NCBI GenBank assembly: GCA_028577615.1
Contig: JAJSDU010000010.1
Coordinates: forward strand, 15,541-79,540
DNA from: Nitrosomonas sp.
GTDB taxonomy: Bacteria > Pseudomonadota > Gammaproteobacteria > Burkholderiales > Nitrosomonadaceae
Length of the DNA stretch: 64,000 nucleotides
Direction: 5' to 3'
This document shows, one piece after another, positions 9,585 through 18,118 of this stretch. The position numbers and the translations under genes are program-made. The notes beneath the pieces are model-generated. The model made no database searches, was not told where the DNA came from, and worked only from the letters and a program-made list of their open reading frames with translations. How positions within the stretch are numbered: position 1 is the first letter of the stretch; each line of letters begins with the position of its first letter.

Positions 9585-10532
9585 ATGTCCGATGACCTCA
9601 CACAACGCCCTATTGTCATTAAGCGCATCAAAAAAGTAGCTGGCCGTCATCACAGCGGCGCCTGGAAAATCGCTTACGCCGATTTTGTAACGGCGATGAT
9701 GGCTTTCTTTTTGTTAATGTGGCTGCTTGGCTCAGCCTCACAAGGTGATCTCGAAGGTATTTCCGAATACTTCAGGACACCACTGAAAGTGGCTTTCTTC
9801 GGCGGTGAGAATGTAGGCGATACTTCAAGCATAATAAAAGGCGGCGGCACCGACATGACTAAAAGCACTGGTCAGGTAAGAAAGGGAGAAACTTCCGCTG
9901 ATAAAGCGTTTATCGACCTTGAGGCGGCAAAAGCCGAGCGGGAGCGCATTGAGCTGATACGGCTTAATCTTCTGAAAAACAAAATTGAGCAGGCAATTGA
10001 AGCAAATCCTTTTCTGGAAAAATTCAAAAATCAATTATTGCTGGATATCACCACAGAGGGATTGCGCATTCAAATTGTCGACGAACGAAACCGTCCGATG
10101 TTTGCCAGCGGACGCGCTGAATTGCAGCCCTATACCAGAACAATACTGTACGAAATAGGCAAAATGCTTAATGATGTCCCAAATAAAGTCAGCCTCTCCG
10201 GACACACGGATGCAACGCCTTTCCCTTCCGGAGATGCAGGTTACAGCAACTGGGAACTGTCAGCTGATCGCGCCAACGCTTCGCGCCGGGAACTCATAGC
10301 CGGTGGCATGGATACCAATAAAGTATTGCGTGTAGTCGGATTGTCATCCGCTGTTTTATTCGATCGTGACAATCCCTTTAACCCGGTTAATCGCCGCATC
10401 AGTATTATTGTAATGAACGAGAAAGCTGAGAACGCGATTACCCGGGAAAACGACGAAGTAAAAATCGATAACCCGATCGGTATCAGCAAAGACCTGATTA
10501 ACCTGCCCCGAATCCCGCGCTCAGCGGAATAA
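9585..10532 (+). CDS. motB: flagellar stator protein MotB (OmpA-like C-domain)
   Basis: The 315-aa ORF has the MotB plug/TM region GAWKIAYADFVTAMMAFFLLMWLL and a peptidoglycan-binding domain (LSGHTDATPF...NWELSADRANASRRELI...NRRISIIV). Confidence 0.9.
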   Translation: MSDDLTQRPIVIKRIKKVAGRHHSGAWKIAYADFVTAMMAFFLLMWLLGSASQGDLEGISEYFRTPLKVAFFGGENVGDTSSIIKGGGTDMTKSTGQVRKGETSADKAFIDLEAAKAERERIELIRLNLLKNKIEQAIEANPFLEKFKNQLLLDITTEGLRIQIVDERNRPMFASGRAELQPYTRTILYEIGKMLNDVPNKVSLSGHTDATPFPSGDAGYSNWELSADRANASRRELIAGGMDTNKVLRVVGLSSAVLFDRDNPFNPVNRRISIIVMNEKAENAITRENDEVKIDNPIGISKDLINLPRIPRSAE

Positions 10533-10542
10533 ACAAACGCAT

Positions 10543-11313
10543 ATGACATATACCCCCATGCCCATGAACACCATTATCCGCATACCCATAATGAAAGCGT
10601 TGATGATTCAGTTTCTGGCGTGTCTATGCATGGCGCCGCTGGTTGTATTATTTCCATCACAGACAATCCCGGTCTGGATATTGCTCCAAGGCATCGCAGC
10701 GGCAACGATCAGCCAGTACGCGAAAATGGCCTACTGGTGGATCCCGATACAGCTGATCTTTTTACCAGCCATCGTCGTCGCATCGACACTGGAAATATCT
10801 CCGGTGTGGTTTGGCGTGTGTTTTTTACTGCTGTTCCTAGTTTATGGCAAGACCTTCAAAACGCAAGTACCTTTGTATCTTTCCAGTTCCGAAGTCACTA
10901 CAGCGCTGGCGTCATTGTTGCCACGAAAAAAAAACTTTACGTTTATTGATCTCGGTTGCGGCTGTGGCGGCTTGCTCAACACATTGAATACGCTGCGCGA
11001 GAACGGTTATTTTTATGGCATAGAAGCTGCGCCGATTCCTTTTCTAATCAGCAGGATCAGAACACTGCTTAACAAGACAAACTGCAATGTTCAATGGGGT
11101 GATTTGTGGAAACAGAATCTCGCACATTATGATGTCGTTTACGCGTATCTTTCACCTGTTCCCATGCCGACGCTCTGGGAAAAAGTGTGTCGTGAAATGC
11201 AACCCGGTAGTCTGTTCATCAGCAATACCTTCGCAGTTCCAGGTATCGCTCCCGAGAAAATCATACGATTAAACGATTTTTCCGGATCAACTTTATATAT
11301 CTGGCGGATATAA
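10543..11313 (+). CDS. membrane-anchored class I SAM-dependent methyltransferase, substrate unknown
   Basis: The 256-aa ORF has 3-4 N-terminal TM helices and then SAM-binding motif I, FIDLGCGCGGLL. It starts 10 nt after the motB stop. Confidence 0.65.
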   Translation: MTYTPMPMNTIIRIPIMKALMIQFLACLCMAPLVVLFPSQTIPVWILLQGIAAATISQYAKMAYWWIPIQLIFLPAIVVASTLEISPVWFGVCFLLLFLVYGKTFKTQVPLYLSSSEVTTALASLLPRKKNFTFIDLGCGCGGLLNTLNTLRENGYFYGIEAAPIPFLISRIRTLLNKTNCNVQWGDLWKQNLAHYDVVYAYLSPVPMPTLWEKVCREMQPGSLFISNTFAVPGIAPEKIIRLNDFSGSTLYIWRI

Positions 11314-11317
11314 CGGA

Positions 11318-12703
11318 TTACTGACGCCGCCAGGTCGTACCCTGCGGGCCGTCTTCGAGCACAACTCCCGCGTCCAGCAATTTCTGGCGTATCGCATCGG
11401 CATCCGTATATAACCTTGCTTTACGCGCCGTTAAGCGCGCCTGAATCATACACTCTATTTCTCCGGCAGTGAGCTGTTCCGCCGATTGAGCAGAAACAGC
11501 ATTCTGCAGATAATCCTGTGGTGTCTGCTGCAGCAATCCCAGTATGCCACCCAGTGCTTTCAATAGCGCCGCATGCTCTATCGATTGAGCCTTGTTGGCC
11601 TGATTGGCAAGATCAAACAGTACTGCAATGGCTTCCGGCGTATTGAAATCATCATTCATCGCGGACATGAAAGCTTGCGCATGCGCATCGTCCCAGTCGA
11701 TTTCTGCTTCTTCCGGTGCTGGCGAAACATCCTTCAATGCAATATACAAACGATCCAACGCCTGCTTGGCATCTTTCAGATGCTGATCGGAATAATTCAG
11801 CGGACTGCGATAATGCGCACGCAAAATAAAAAAGCGCACTACCTCCGCCTGATAATTTCTGAGTACTTCTCGCACGGTAAAAAAATTACCCACGGATTTG
11901 GACATTTTCTCGCTGTCAACACGCACAAAGCCATTATGCATCCAGTAATTAACGAAAGGATGATCATGCGCGCCCTCGCTCTGCGCGATTTCATTCTCAT
12001 GGTGCGGAAATTGCAAATCCTGTCCGCCGCCATGAATATCAAAATGCTCTCCCAGAAATTGTTCACTCATGGCCGAACATTCGATATGCCAGCCGGGACG
12101 GCCATTACCCCAAGGCGATTCCCAGTAAGGCTCGCCTGGTTTTGCCGATTTCCACAGCACAAAATCAAGCGGATCTTTCTTGCTGGCATCAACGTCCACA
12201 CGCTCCCCGGCGCGCAAATCTTCCAGCGACTTTCCCGACAATTTTCCATAACCTGGAAAATGCCGCACCGCATAATAAACATCGCCATTATCGGCCTGAT
12301 AAGCCAGCGACTTGTTGATTAAAGTACTGATCATCGCAATCATGCTGCCGACATGCTGCGTTGCCCGGGGCTCAAAGGTAGGACGAATGACACCAAGCAC
12401 CGCCGCGTCTTCATCCATCGCCGCGATGAAACGATTGGTCAGCACATCAATACCTTCGTTATTCTCCGCTGCGCGTTTAATGATTTTATCGTCAATATCG
12501 GTAACATTGCGCACATAAGTGACCTCGTATCCACCGGCTCTCAGCCAGCGCAGCACCATATCGAACACCACCAGAACTCGCGCATGACCAAGATGGCAGA
12601 AATCGTAAACGGTCATGCCGCAGACATACATCTTTACTTTTCCGGACGTAATGGGTACAAAAACCTGCTTGTCACGAATCAGCGTATTATAAATTTTCAG
12701 CAT
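11318..12703 (-). CDS. cysS: cysteine--tRNA ligase
   Basis: Contains the HIGH motif (CHLGHARV), the KMSKS motif and [10 protein letters not shown] place the start at the internal ATG 12703 ([13 protein letters not shown]), not at the 19-codon extension in the ORF track (12760). Confidence 0.95.
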   Translation of the reverse strand: MLKIYNTLIRDKQVFVPITSGKVKMYVCGMTVYDFCHLGHARVLVVFDMVLRWLRAGGYEVTYVRNVTDIDDKIIKRAAENNEGIDVLTNRFIAAMDEDAAVLGVIRPTFEPRATQHVGSMIAMISTLINKSLAYQADNGDVYYAVRHFPGYGKLSGKSLEDLRAGERVDVDASKKDPLDFVLWKSAKPGEPYWESPWGNGRPGWHIECSAMSEQFLGEHFDIHGGGQDLQFPHHENEIAQSEGAHDHPFVNYWMHNGFVRVDSEKMSKSVGNFFTVREVLRNYQAEVVRFFILRAHYRSPLNYSDQHLKDAKQALDRLYIALKDVSPAPEEAEIDWDDAHAQAFMSAMNDDFNTPEAIAVLFDLANQANKAQSIEHAALLKALGGILGLLQQTPQDYLQNAVSAQSAEQLTAGEIECMIQARLTARKARLYTDADAIRQKLLDAGVVLEDGPQGTTWRRQ

Positions 12704-12978
12704 GCAAAGAATCTTAAGATTGTCGAATGATTGATCTTCTTGATAGAATCCTGATTTCACAATACTTATCGAAATTCGGCATCAGCACTTTTCCGCAAAG
12801 AGAAGACGCAACGATAAATTATAAAAAAACCGGATTTTACAGTACGATATGTAAATGTTTAACCAGAAAAAAGCCCGAGGAGTATAACATAGCAGCTCTC
12901 GTTTAATTCCCCCGGCTTGACAGTTTTTAGCAGTCACCAGCGAGTCCGATAATCAATAAACAATCAAGAGGAAATCCA

Positions 12979-13566
12979 ATGCGTTTAATGCAGTCATTTT
13001 TATTAGCTTTATTCCTGCTGGGCAGCGCGTCGAGCCATGCCGAAAACCCCCGAATTCTAATGAAAACCAATCTGGGCGACATCACCATTGAGCTGTATCC
13101 CGAAAAAGCGCCCAGGACCGTTGAAAATTTTTTGCGCTACATCGAAGACGGATTTTATAAAAATACGATTTTTCATCGCGTAATCGCCAACTTCATGGTG
13201 CAAGGCGGAGGATTTGACACTGCATTCAAACAAAAGTCTACACACGCGCCGGTTGAAAACGAAGCCAATAACGGCCTGAAAAACGAGACCGGAACAATCG
13301 CAATGGCGCGCACGTCCGACCCGCATTCCGCCACGGCGCAGTTTTTCATCAATGTCGCCAACAACGCATTTCTCAACTTCACCGCGCCCAATCCAAGCGG
13401 CTACGGTTATACCGTTTTTGGCAAGGTAACCGACGGTATGGATATCGTCCATCAGATCGGCAAAACGCCTACCGGATCGGGCGGACCGTTTCCGGGCGAT
13501 GTGCCTAAAACAATGATTATCATAGAAGACGTATCCGTCCTGCCATCTAAAAATACAGAACACTAA
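12979..13566 (+). CDS. ppiA: periplasmic cyclophilin-type peptidyl-prolyl isomerase
   Basis: The 195-aa ORF has a signal peptide (LLALFLLGSASSHA) and cyclophilin motifs FHRVIANFMVQGGG and IAMARTSDPHSATAQFFIN. Confidence 0.9.
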   Translation: MRLMQSFLLALFLLGSASSHAENPRILMKTNLGDITIELYPEKAPRTVENFLRYIEDGFYKNTIFHRVIANFMVQGGGFDTAFKQKSTHAPVENEANNGLKNETGTIAMARTSDPHSATAQFFINVANNAFLNFTAPNPSGYGYTVFGKVTDGMDIVHQIGKTPTGSGGPFPGDVPKTMIIIEDVSVLPSKNTEH

Positions 13567-13586
13567 TCCATCAGACAGGCTAGACA

Positions 13587-14078
13587 ATGATTAAACTCAC
13601 GACCAATTTTGGCGACATTATCCTTGAACTCAACAGCGAAAAAGCACCGGAAACCGTAAAAAACTTTCTTTCTTATGTCGAAAGCGGATTTTATGACAAT
13701 ACCATTTTCCATCGCGTCATCGATGATTTCATGATTCAGGGCGGCGGATTTGAGCCGGGTATGCAACAAAAGAAAACCGCTGCCCCCATCGCCAACGAAG
13801 CAGCTAATGGACTGAAAAATGACATTTACACGATTGCCATGGCAAGAACCGCTGATGTCCACTCGGCCACATCGCAATTCTTTATCAATGTCGCAAGCAA
13901 TGGTTTCCTCAACTACAGGGAATCAACTCCGCAGGGATTTGGCTATTGCGTTTTCGGCAAAGTAGTGGACGGCCAGAACGTTGTCGACAAAATCAAAAAA
14001 ATTAAAACAGGCGATCGCAGCGGGCATCAGAATGTGCCGCTGGAAGATGTCATCATCGAAAAAGCAGAGATCATCTGA
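13587..14078 (+). CDS. ppiB: cytoplasmic cyclophilin-type peptidyl-prolyl isomerase
   Basis: The 163-aa ORF has no leader and carries [14 protein letters not shown] and [19 protein letters not shown]. It is a tandem paralogue of ppiA. Confidence 0.9.
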   Translation: MIKLTTNFGDIILELNSEKAPETVKNFLSYVESGFYDNTIFHRVIDDFMIQGGGFEPGMQQKKTAAPIANEAANGLKNDIYTIAMARTADVHSATSQFFINVASNGFLNYRESTPQGFGYCVFGKVVDGQNVVDKIKKIKTGDRSGHQNVPLEDVIIEKAEII

Positions 14079-14093
14079 GATTAACGACAGACT

Positions 14094-14301
14094 AACAGGT
14101 TGTTGAAAAATGTGATCGAGGCAGCCGATACAAGGCAAAAACAGGTGACGCAAGCAGAGCGCAGCGAATAGCTGTGAGGCTGACCCGTAGGGCGAGGCGC
14201 TTGCGCCGAATAAAAGGCGGAGTTTATGTGTGATATGAGCATTTTGGGTCTGTTTCTTTAACGCCGCAGCGGCAACGCAGATAATTTCTCAACAACCTGC
14301 T
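14094..14301. repeat. 208-bp non-coding element bracketed by 18-nt terminal inverted repeats (MITE-like or a long-range stem)
   Basis: The left arm AACAGGTTGTTGAAAAAT (14094-14111) matches the reverse complement of the right arm (14284-14301, AGCAGGTTGTTGAGAAAT) at 16 of 18 positions. The element fills the whole convergent spacer between ppiB and pat. The right arm overlaps the pat stop codon. Confidence 0.5.
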
Positions 14302-16978
14302 AAAGCGTTTTGACGACGACAATGACAGACGGATCGTCTTTACGCCTATGCGGAATGAATCCAAGATTTCCGGTCAGTTTCAGCATGGCGATGTTGGTTA
14401 CCAGCACCTCGCCCTGCATCGTTTTGAAACCTTTCGCTTTCGCCGCCTCCATCAAGCAAGTCATCAGCTGAACGCCGATGCCTTTTTGCTGCCATTGATC
14501 GGAAATAACGATCGCGAACTCGCAGCTTTCCCCGTCGGGATTCATTCCGTAACGCGCCACGCCGATTTCCACTTCCTGCCGGTTTTCAGTGATCACCGCA
14601 ATGAGTGCGAGTTCACGGTCATAGTCGATCTGCGTGAACCGGATCAGCATCTGCGGCGTCAGATCGTAAAGCGATTGCATGAAACGGAAATATTTCGATT
14701 GCGGCGAAAGATTGTGCACAAAGGCCTGCTCTATCCCGGCGTCTTCCGGGCGGATGGGACGCACGGTGATATCAGTGCCATCGGCCAGCTGCCAGTGCTT
14801 CTGTAAATGCACAGGATAGGGATGAATGGCCATATGCGCATAAGGTTTCAGTATTGACAACCGGTCATCGACAATGATACGCACATCCACTGCCGCTACG
14901 CCATGTTCATCCGCAAACAGCGGATTGATATCCAGTTCCTGAATCCGCGGCAGTTCACAGACCATTTCCGACAGACGGCGCAAAACCTGATGAATGGCGG
15001 GAATGGAGACAGCGGGCAGATTGCGGAACGCATCCAGCAGTTTTGATACACGGGTCTGGCAAATCAAGTCGGAAATAATGAAATCGTTGAGCGGCGGAAT
15101 CGCCACGGCATGATCCCGGATGATTTCGACCGCGGTGCCGCCTGCGCCGAAACTGATCACCGGACCGAAAACAGGGTCGCGAACCACACCTGCAAGAAGC
15201 TCTCTGCCATGCGGATTGCCATACATCCGTTCTATCGTAACGCCATCCAGCCGGGCATCGGGGCGCTGATCGCGCACGGCATTGGTCAATTCATTGTAAG
15301 CGCTGCGTACGGTCTGGGCATCGGCAATATTCAACCTGACGCCGTTAACATCGGATTTGTGATTGATGTCCGGGGAATTGATTTTCATCGCCACCGGAAA
15401 ACCAAGCGATTCTGCGGCAACCAGTGCCTCGCTGGTGGATCGCGCCGCCATCGCAGGCATAACGGGAATACCAAAGGCCGTCAATAACGCCCGGGCTTCC
15501 AGCGCGTTCAACCGCGTACGGCGTTCCGCCAGGACGCCATCGATAATCATTTGCGCGCCGCTGATACCCGGTCTGCTGCTCGGCGCCAGCGGCGCTGGAA
15601 CCTGCATCAGCAATTGCTGATTCCGGTGATAATTGCTGAGATAGGCGAATGCCTCAACGGCGACATCCGGATTGGGAAAAACAGGCATCGCATGCTTCGT
15701 GAACAGCTTCCGCGCCGCACTGACCTGCGATTCTCCCATCCAGCAGGCCAGCACGGGCTTATGTGCACCGGCGGCGGCATCGATGACCGCCTGCGCCGCC
15801 TTGAGCGGTTCTGTCATCGCCTGCGGCGTCAGTATCACCAGCACGCCATCCACTTGCGAATCCTTAAGGCAGGCATCAACCGCGGCATGATAGCGCGCAT
15901 GCGTGGCATCGCCCAGAATATCGACCGGATTACTGCGCGACCAATAGGATGGCAGGACTGCATCCAGTTGCCGGATACAGGATTCGGAAAGCTCAACGAG
16001 ACTGACGCCCAGATCAATCGCACGATCGGCGGCCATGATCCCCGGACCGCCGCCATTCGTGACGATGGCCAGACGATTGCCGTGCACGCGCTGCGTTGTA
16101 GCGAGCAGCTGGGCGGCGGAAAACAATTGCTCAATCGTCATCACACGCACAACGCCGGCGCGGCGCAGCGCGGCGTCGAAGACATCGTCAGCGCCGACCA
16201 TCGCCCCGGTATGTGAGAGCGCGGCATGCGCGCTTTCATGATGACGGCCAACCTTGAGCACAATCACCGGCTTCATGCGCGCGGCGATACGCAGACCGCT
16301 CATAAACGTGCGCGCATCGCGTATGCCTTCGATATAAAGCAGGATGCTGCGGGTATTGGTATCCAGCGCGAGATAGTCCAGCACATCGCCAAAATCAATG
16401 TCAGCTGCATTGCCAAGCGACACCACGGCAGAAAAACCGATATTGCGCGCTGTAGCCCAATCCAGAATGGCGGTGCACAATGCGCCGGATTGCGATATCA
16501 GCGCAAGATTGCCGCTCAATGCGTTATTTTTACTGAACGTCGCATTCAGTTTAATGGCGGGATGAATCAAACCGAGACAATTCGGCCCCAGAATGCGAAT
16601 GCCGTAGCGGCGCGCCTCCGACAAAACAGCCTTGCGGTAAGCCGCCGCGTCGCCCTGCGTATCCTCAAAACCCGCGGAAAGAATAATCGCCGCGCGCACA
16701 CCATGTTCGCCGCATTCATGAATGATCTCCGCAACGGTCGGCGCGGGCGTGGCAATCACCGCCAGATCGACCGGCTTGCCGATCGCATGGATAGACGCGT
16801 GGCATGGCCTGCGATACAACATTTTGTATTTGGGATTGACCGGATAAACCGGCCCGGTGAAATCGGCGTCAATAATATTCCGGAACAGTCGCGTGCCGAC
16901 GGAATCGGGTAATTTGCTCGCGCCGAACACAGCAACCGCGCGCGGGGTGAACAAGCTGTTCAAGTAATGTTGTCCCAT
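14300..16978 (-). CDS. pat: Pat/YfiQ-type protein lysine acetyltransferase (ADP-forming acyl-CoA synthetase-like N-terminal region plus C-terminal GNAT)
   Basis: The 892-aa ORF has a CoA-binding N-terminus (AVAVFGAS...VYPVNPKY), succinyl-CoA-synthetase-like and ATP-grasp segments, and a C-terminal GNAT (QQKGIGVQLMTCLMEAAKAKGF). Confidence 0.8.
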   Translation of the reverse strand: MGQHYLNSLFTPRAVAVFGASKLPDSVGTRLFRNIIDADFTGPVYPVNPKYKMLYRRPCHASIHAIGKPVDLAVIATPAPTVAEIIHECGEHGVRAAIILSAGFEDTQGDAAAYRKAVLSEARRYGIRILGPNCLGLIHPAIKLNATFSKNNALSGNLALISQSGALCTAILDWATARNIGFSAVVSLGNAADIDFGDVLDYLALDTNTRSILLYIEGIRDARTFMSGLRIAARMKPVIVLKVGRHHESAHAALSHTGAMVGADDVFDAALRRAGVVRVMTIEQLFSAAQLLATTQRVHGNRLAIVTNGGGPGIMAADRAIDLGVSLVELSESCIRQLDAVLPSYWSRSNPVDILGDATHARYHAAVDACLKDSQVDGVLVILTPQAMTEPLKAAQAVIDAAAGAHKPVLACWMGESQVSAARKLFTKHAMPVFPNPDVAVEAFAYLSNYHRNQQLLMQVPAPLAPSSRPGISGAQMIIDGVLAERRTRLNALEARALLTAFGIPVMPAMAARSTSEALVAAESLGFPVAMKINSPDINHKSDVNGVRLNIADAQTVRSAYNELTNAVRDQRPDARLDGVTIERMYGNPHGRELLAGVVRDPVFGPVISFGAGGTAVEIIRDHAVAIPPLNDFIISDLICQTRVSKLLDAFRNLPAVSIPAIHQVLRRLSEMVCELPRIQELDINPLFADEHGVAAVDVRIIVDDRLSILKPYAHMAIHPYPVHLQKHWQLADGTDITVRPIRPEDAGIEQAFVHNLSPQSKYFRFMQSLYDLTPQMLIRFTQIDYDRELALIAVITENRQEVEIGVARYGMNPDGESCEFAIVISDQWQQKGIGVQLMTCLMEAAKAKGFKTMQGEVLVTNIAMLKLTGNLGFIPHRRKDDPSVIVVVKTL

Positions 16979-17004
16979 GCGTTTTCATTCCTTGCAGATT
17001 TCCA

Positions 17005-17337
17005 TCAAGATCGAATGGTAATACTTTTACGCCCCAATCCGGCAATTTCCATCAACTTCCCGTAGCTCGTCACCACATCATACATCACATATTCCGGATC
17101 AATCCTGCGGTTAATTTCAAGAAACTTGCAGGTGCATTCAATTCTGTTCTGTTCAATCCCATGTAATTCCATGCTGGACAACGAGCTTTTGGTCCCGGCA
17201 ACGAAATAGATATGCTTGGCCGAGCCTTCCTTGAAAGAAATATCCCAGTCCGGGTTGTAATTGCCAGCCTGCCAACCGGCATCGGGAATCCGCTGGCATG
17301 AAATATTTTCTCGATACCCATATTTGCATACGCTATT
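17005..17337 (-). pseudogene. C-terminal relic (about 110 codons) of a type III restriction enzyme Res subunit
   Basis: The frame has no start codon and so is absent from the ORF track. My translation is [115 protein letters not shown]. The pattern YxPDW..(K)HIYFVxxTKxS..x.EL...E..KIxC..KF matches the nuclease end of type III/helicase-linked restriction enzymes as I recall it. An in-frame TAG lies immediately upstream. Confidence 0.5.
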
Positions 17338-17502
17338 TACAGGAGTGTTCTCCTACATCCCTAACCGCATGCCGCATATATGTCCGCCAGGATTTGATTT
17401 GAACTGAATAGGCGCTTTGACAATTTGAATCACAGGAAAACTGTGAAATAATCCACTGCATCATGCGCGAATTGCATGACAATCATTAGGAGGAAGAAAA
17501 AC

Positions 17503-18009
17503 ATGAACAGACTTTTTATGACAGTGGGTATTACTGTACTGGGCGTAACCTTATCCATGTCGAGCCACGCCGACCGCATGGTGGTTTTAAAAGGAAATGC
17601 GGTTTTGCTTGCGGCTGATGACCTCTTATCCGTTTTTCCGGACTCGCCCAACCCGGCGTTATCCTGCTCGTTTAATGCAGCTACGGGGACTTTTATTCCA
17701 GGCGCTTCAGCAGCGATACAAATTCCGCTTCCCGGCGCAACGGATGTCAAAGTAATCGGCACTCATGCCTATGTTGCCACGTCAAATTTTGAAAACGGCG
17801 CAGCAGCAACAGGCTATGTCAAATACGACATCAGCGCGTGCATGCCGACGGGTCCGTTTACGCCATTCCGGGCGCATGCCAATCTGGGATCCGGCGAGCT
17901 GGTGATACCGTGCGTTGAAGTCAACGGCAGTGAATACAATGTGGTCATGAATCAACGCGGAAATTCAATGAACTGGGAAGTTCAGTTTGTCAATACCGGT
18001 TGCTATTAA
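17503..18009 (+). CDS. small secreted hypothetical protein (four Cys, one LVIVD-like repeat)
   Basis: An AGGAGG RBS at 17488-17493 precedes ATG 17503. The signal peptide is MNRLFMTVGITVLGVTLSMSSHA|D. The segment ATDVKVIGTHAYVATS...GYVKYDISACMPTGP resembles an LVIVD repeat. I recognise no family. Confidence 0.6.
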   Translation: MNRLFMTVGITVLGVTLSMSSHADRMVVLKGNAVLLAADDLLSVFPDSPNPALSCSFNAATGTFIPGASAAIQIPLPGATDVKVIGTHAYVATSNFENGAAATGYVKYDISACMPTGPFTPFRAHANLGSGELVIPCVEVNGSEYNVVMNQRGNSMNWEVQFVNTGCY

Positions 18010-18061
18010 GCATGCGGTATTTTATCGCTGTTTCGCGCGGGTAAGTATGGCGGCCGGCATT

Positions 18062-18096
18062 GCATGATGCGGCAACATTGCGTTGCCGCATCATGC
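18062..18096. terminator. bidirectional hairpin terminator between convergent genes
   Basis: A perfect 15-bp stem, GCATGATGCGGCAAC / GTTGCCGCATCATGC, encloses a 5-nt loop (ATTGC) and is followed by TATTT. It lies between the stops at 18009 (+) and 18119 (-). Confidence 0.8.
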
Positions 18097-18118
18097 TATT
18101 TAACGCTTGACTCACGTA

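Noticed and set aside
11301-11333. 7-bp stem (CTGGCGG / CCGCCAG) spanning the 4-nt gap between the convergent methyltransferase and cysS stops
   Set aside because: The stem is short, the loop is 19 nt, and there is no U-run. It is too weak to annotate as a terminator.
11573-12322. 249-aa ORF antisense to cysS, plus smaller ones at 12353-12730
   Set aside because: It lies entirely inside a well-supported cysS reading frame on the other strand. Its composition is low-complexity (R/I/H-rich) with no recognisable motif, which is typical of a shadow ORF.
12704-12760. N-terminal extensions offered by the ORF track: cysS to 12760, cheW to 32724, murG to 53076, murD to 55642, pilY1 to 41680, ftsL to 61712
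   Set aside because: In each case an internal start reproduces the conserved family N-terminus and removes an overlap with the upstream gene. Several also have a better RBS. The extensions have unconserved, odd composition.
15551-16912. 221-aa and 228-aa ORFs antisense to pat
   Set aside because: Long antisense frames are expected in a GC-rich gene. Both are Arg/Ala/Gly-rich translations without motifs and lie wholly within pat.
17391-17412. Possible imperfect direct repeats flanking the secreted-protein and subtilase pair: GATTTGATTTGAACTGAATAGG at 17391-17412 and GATTGATTGAATGGAATACT at 22404-22423
   Set aside because: The alignment needs about four indels in 22 nt of low-complexity sequence. 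That is too degenerate to call an insertion-site duplication without comparative data.
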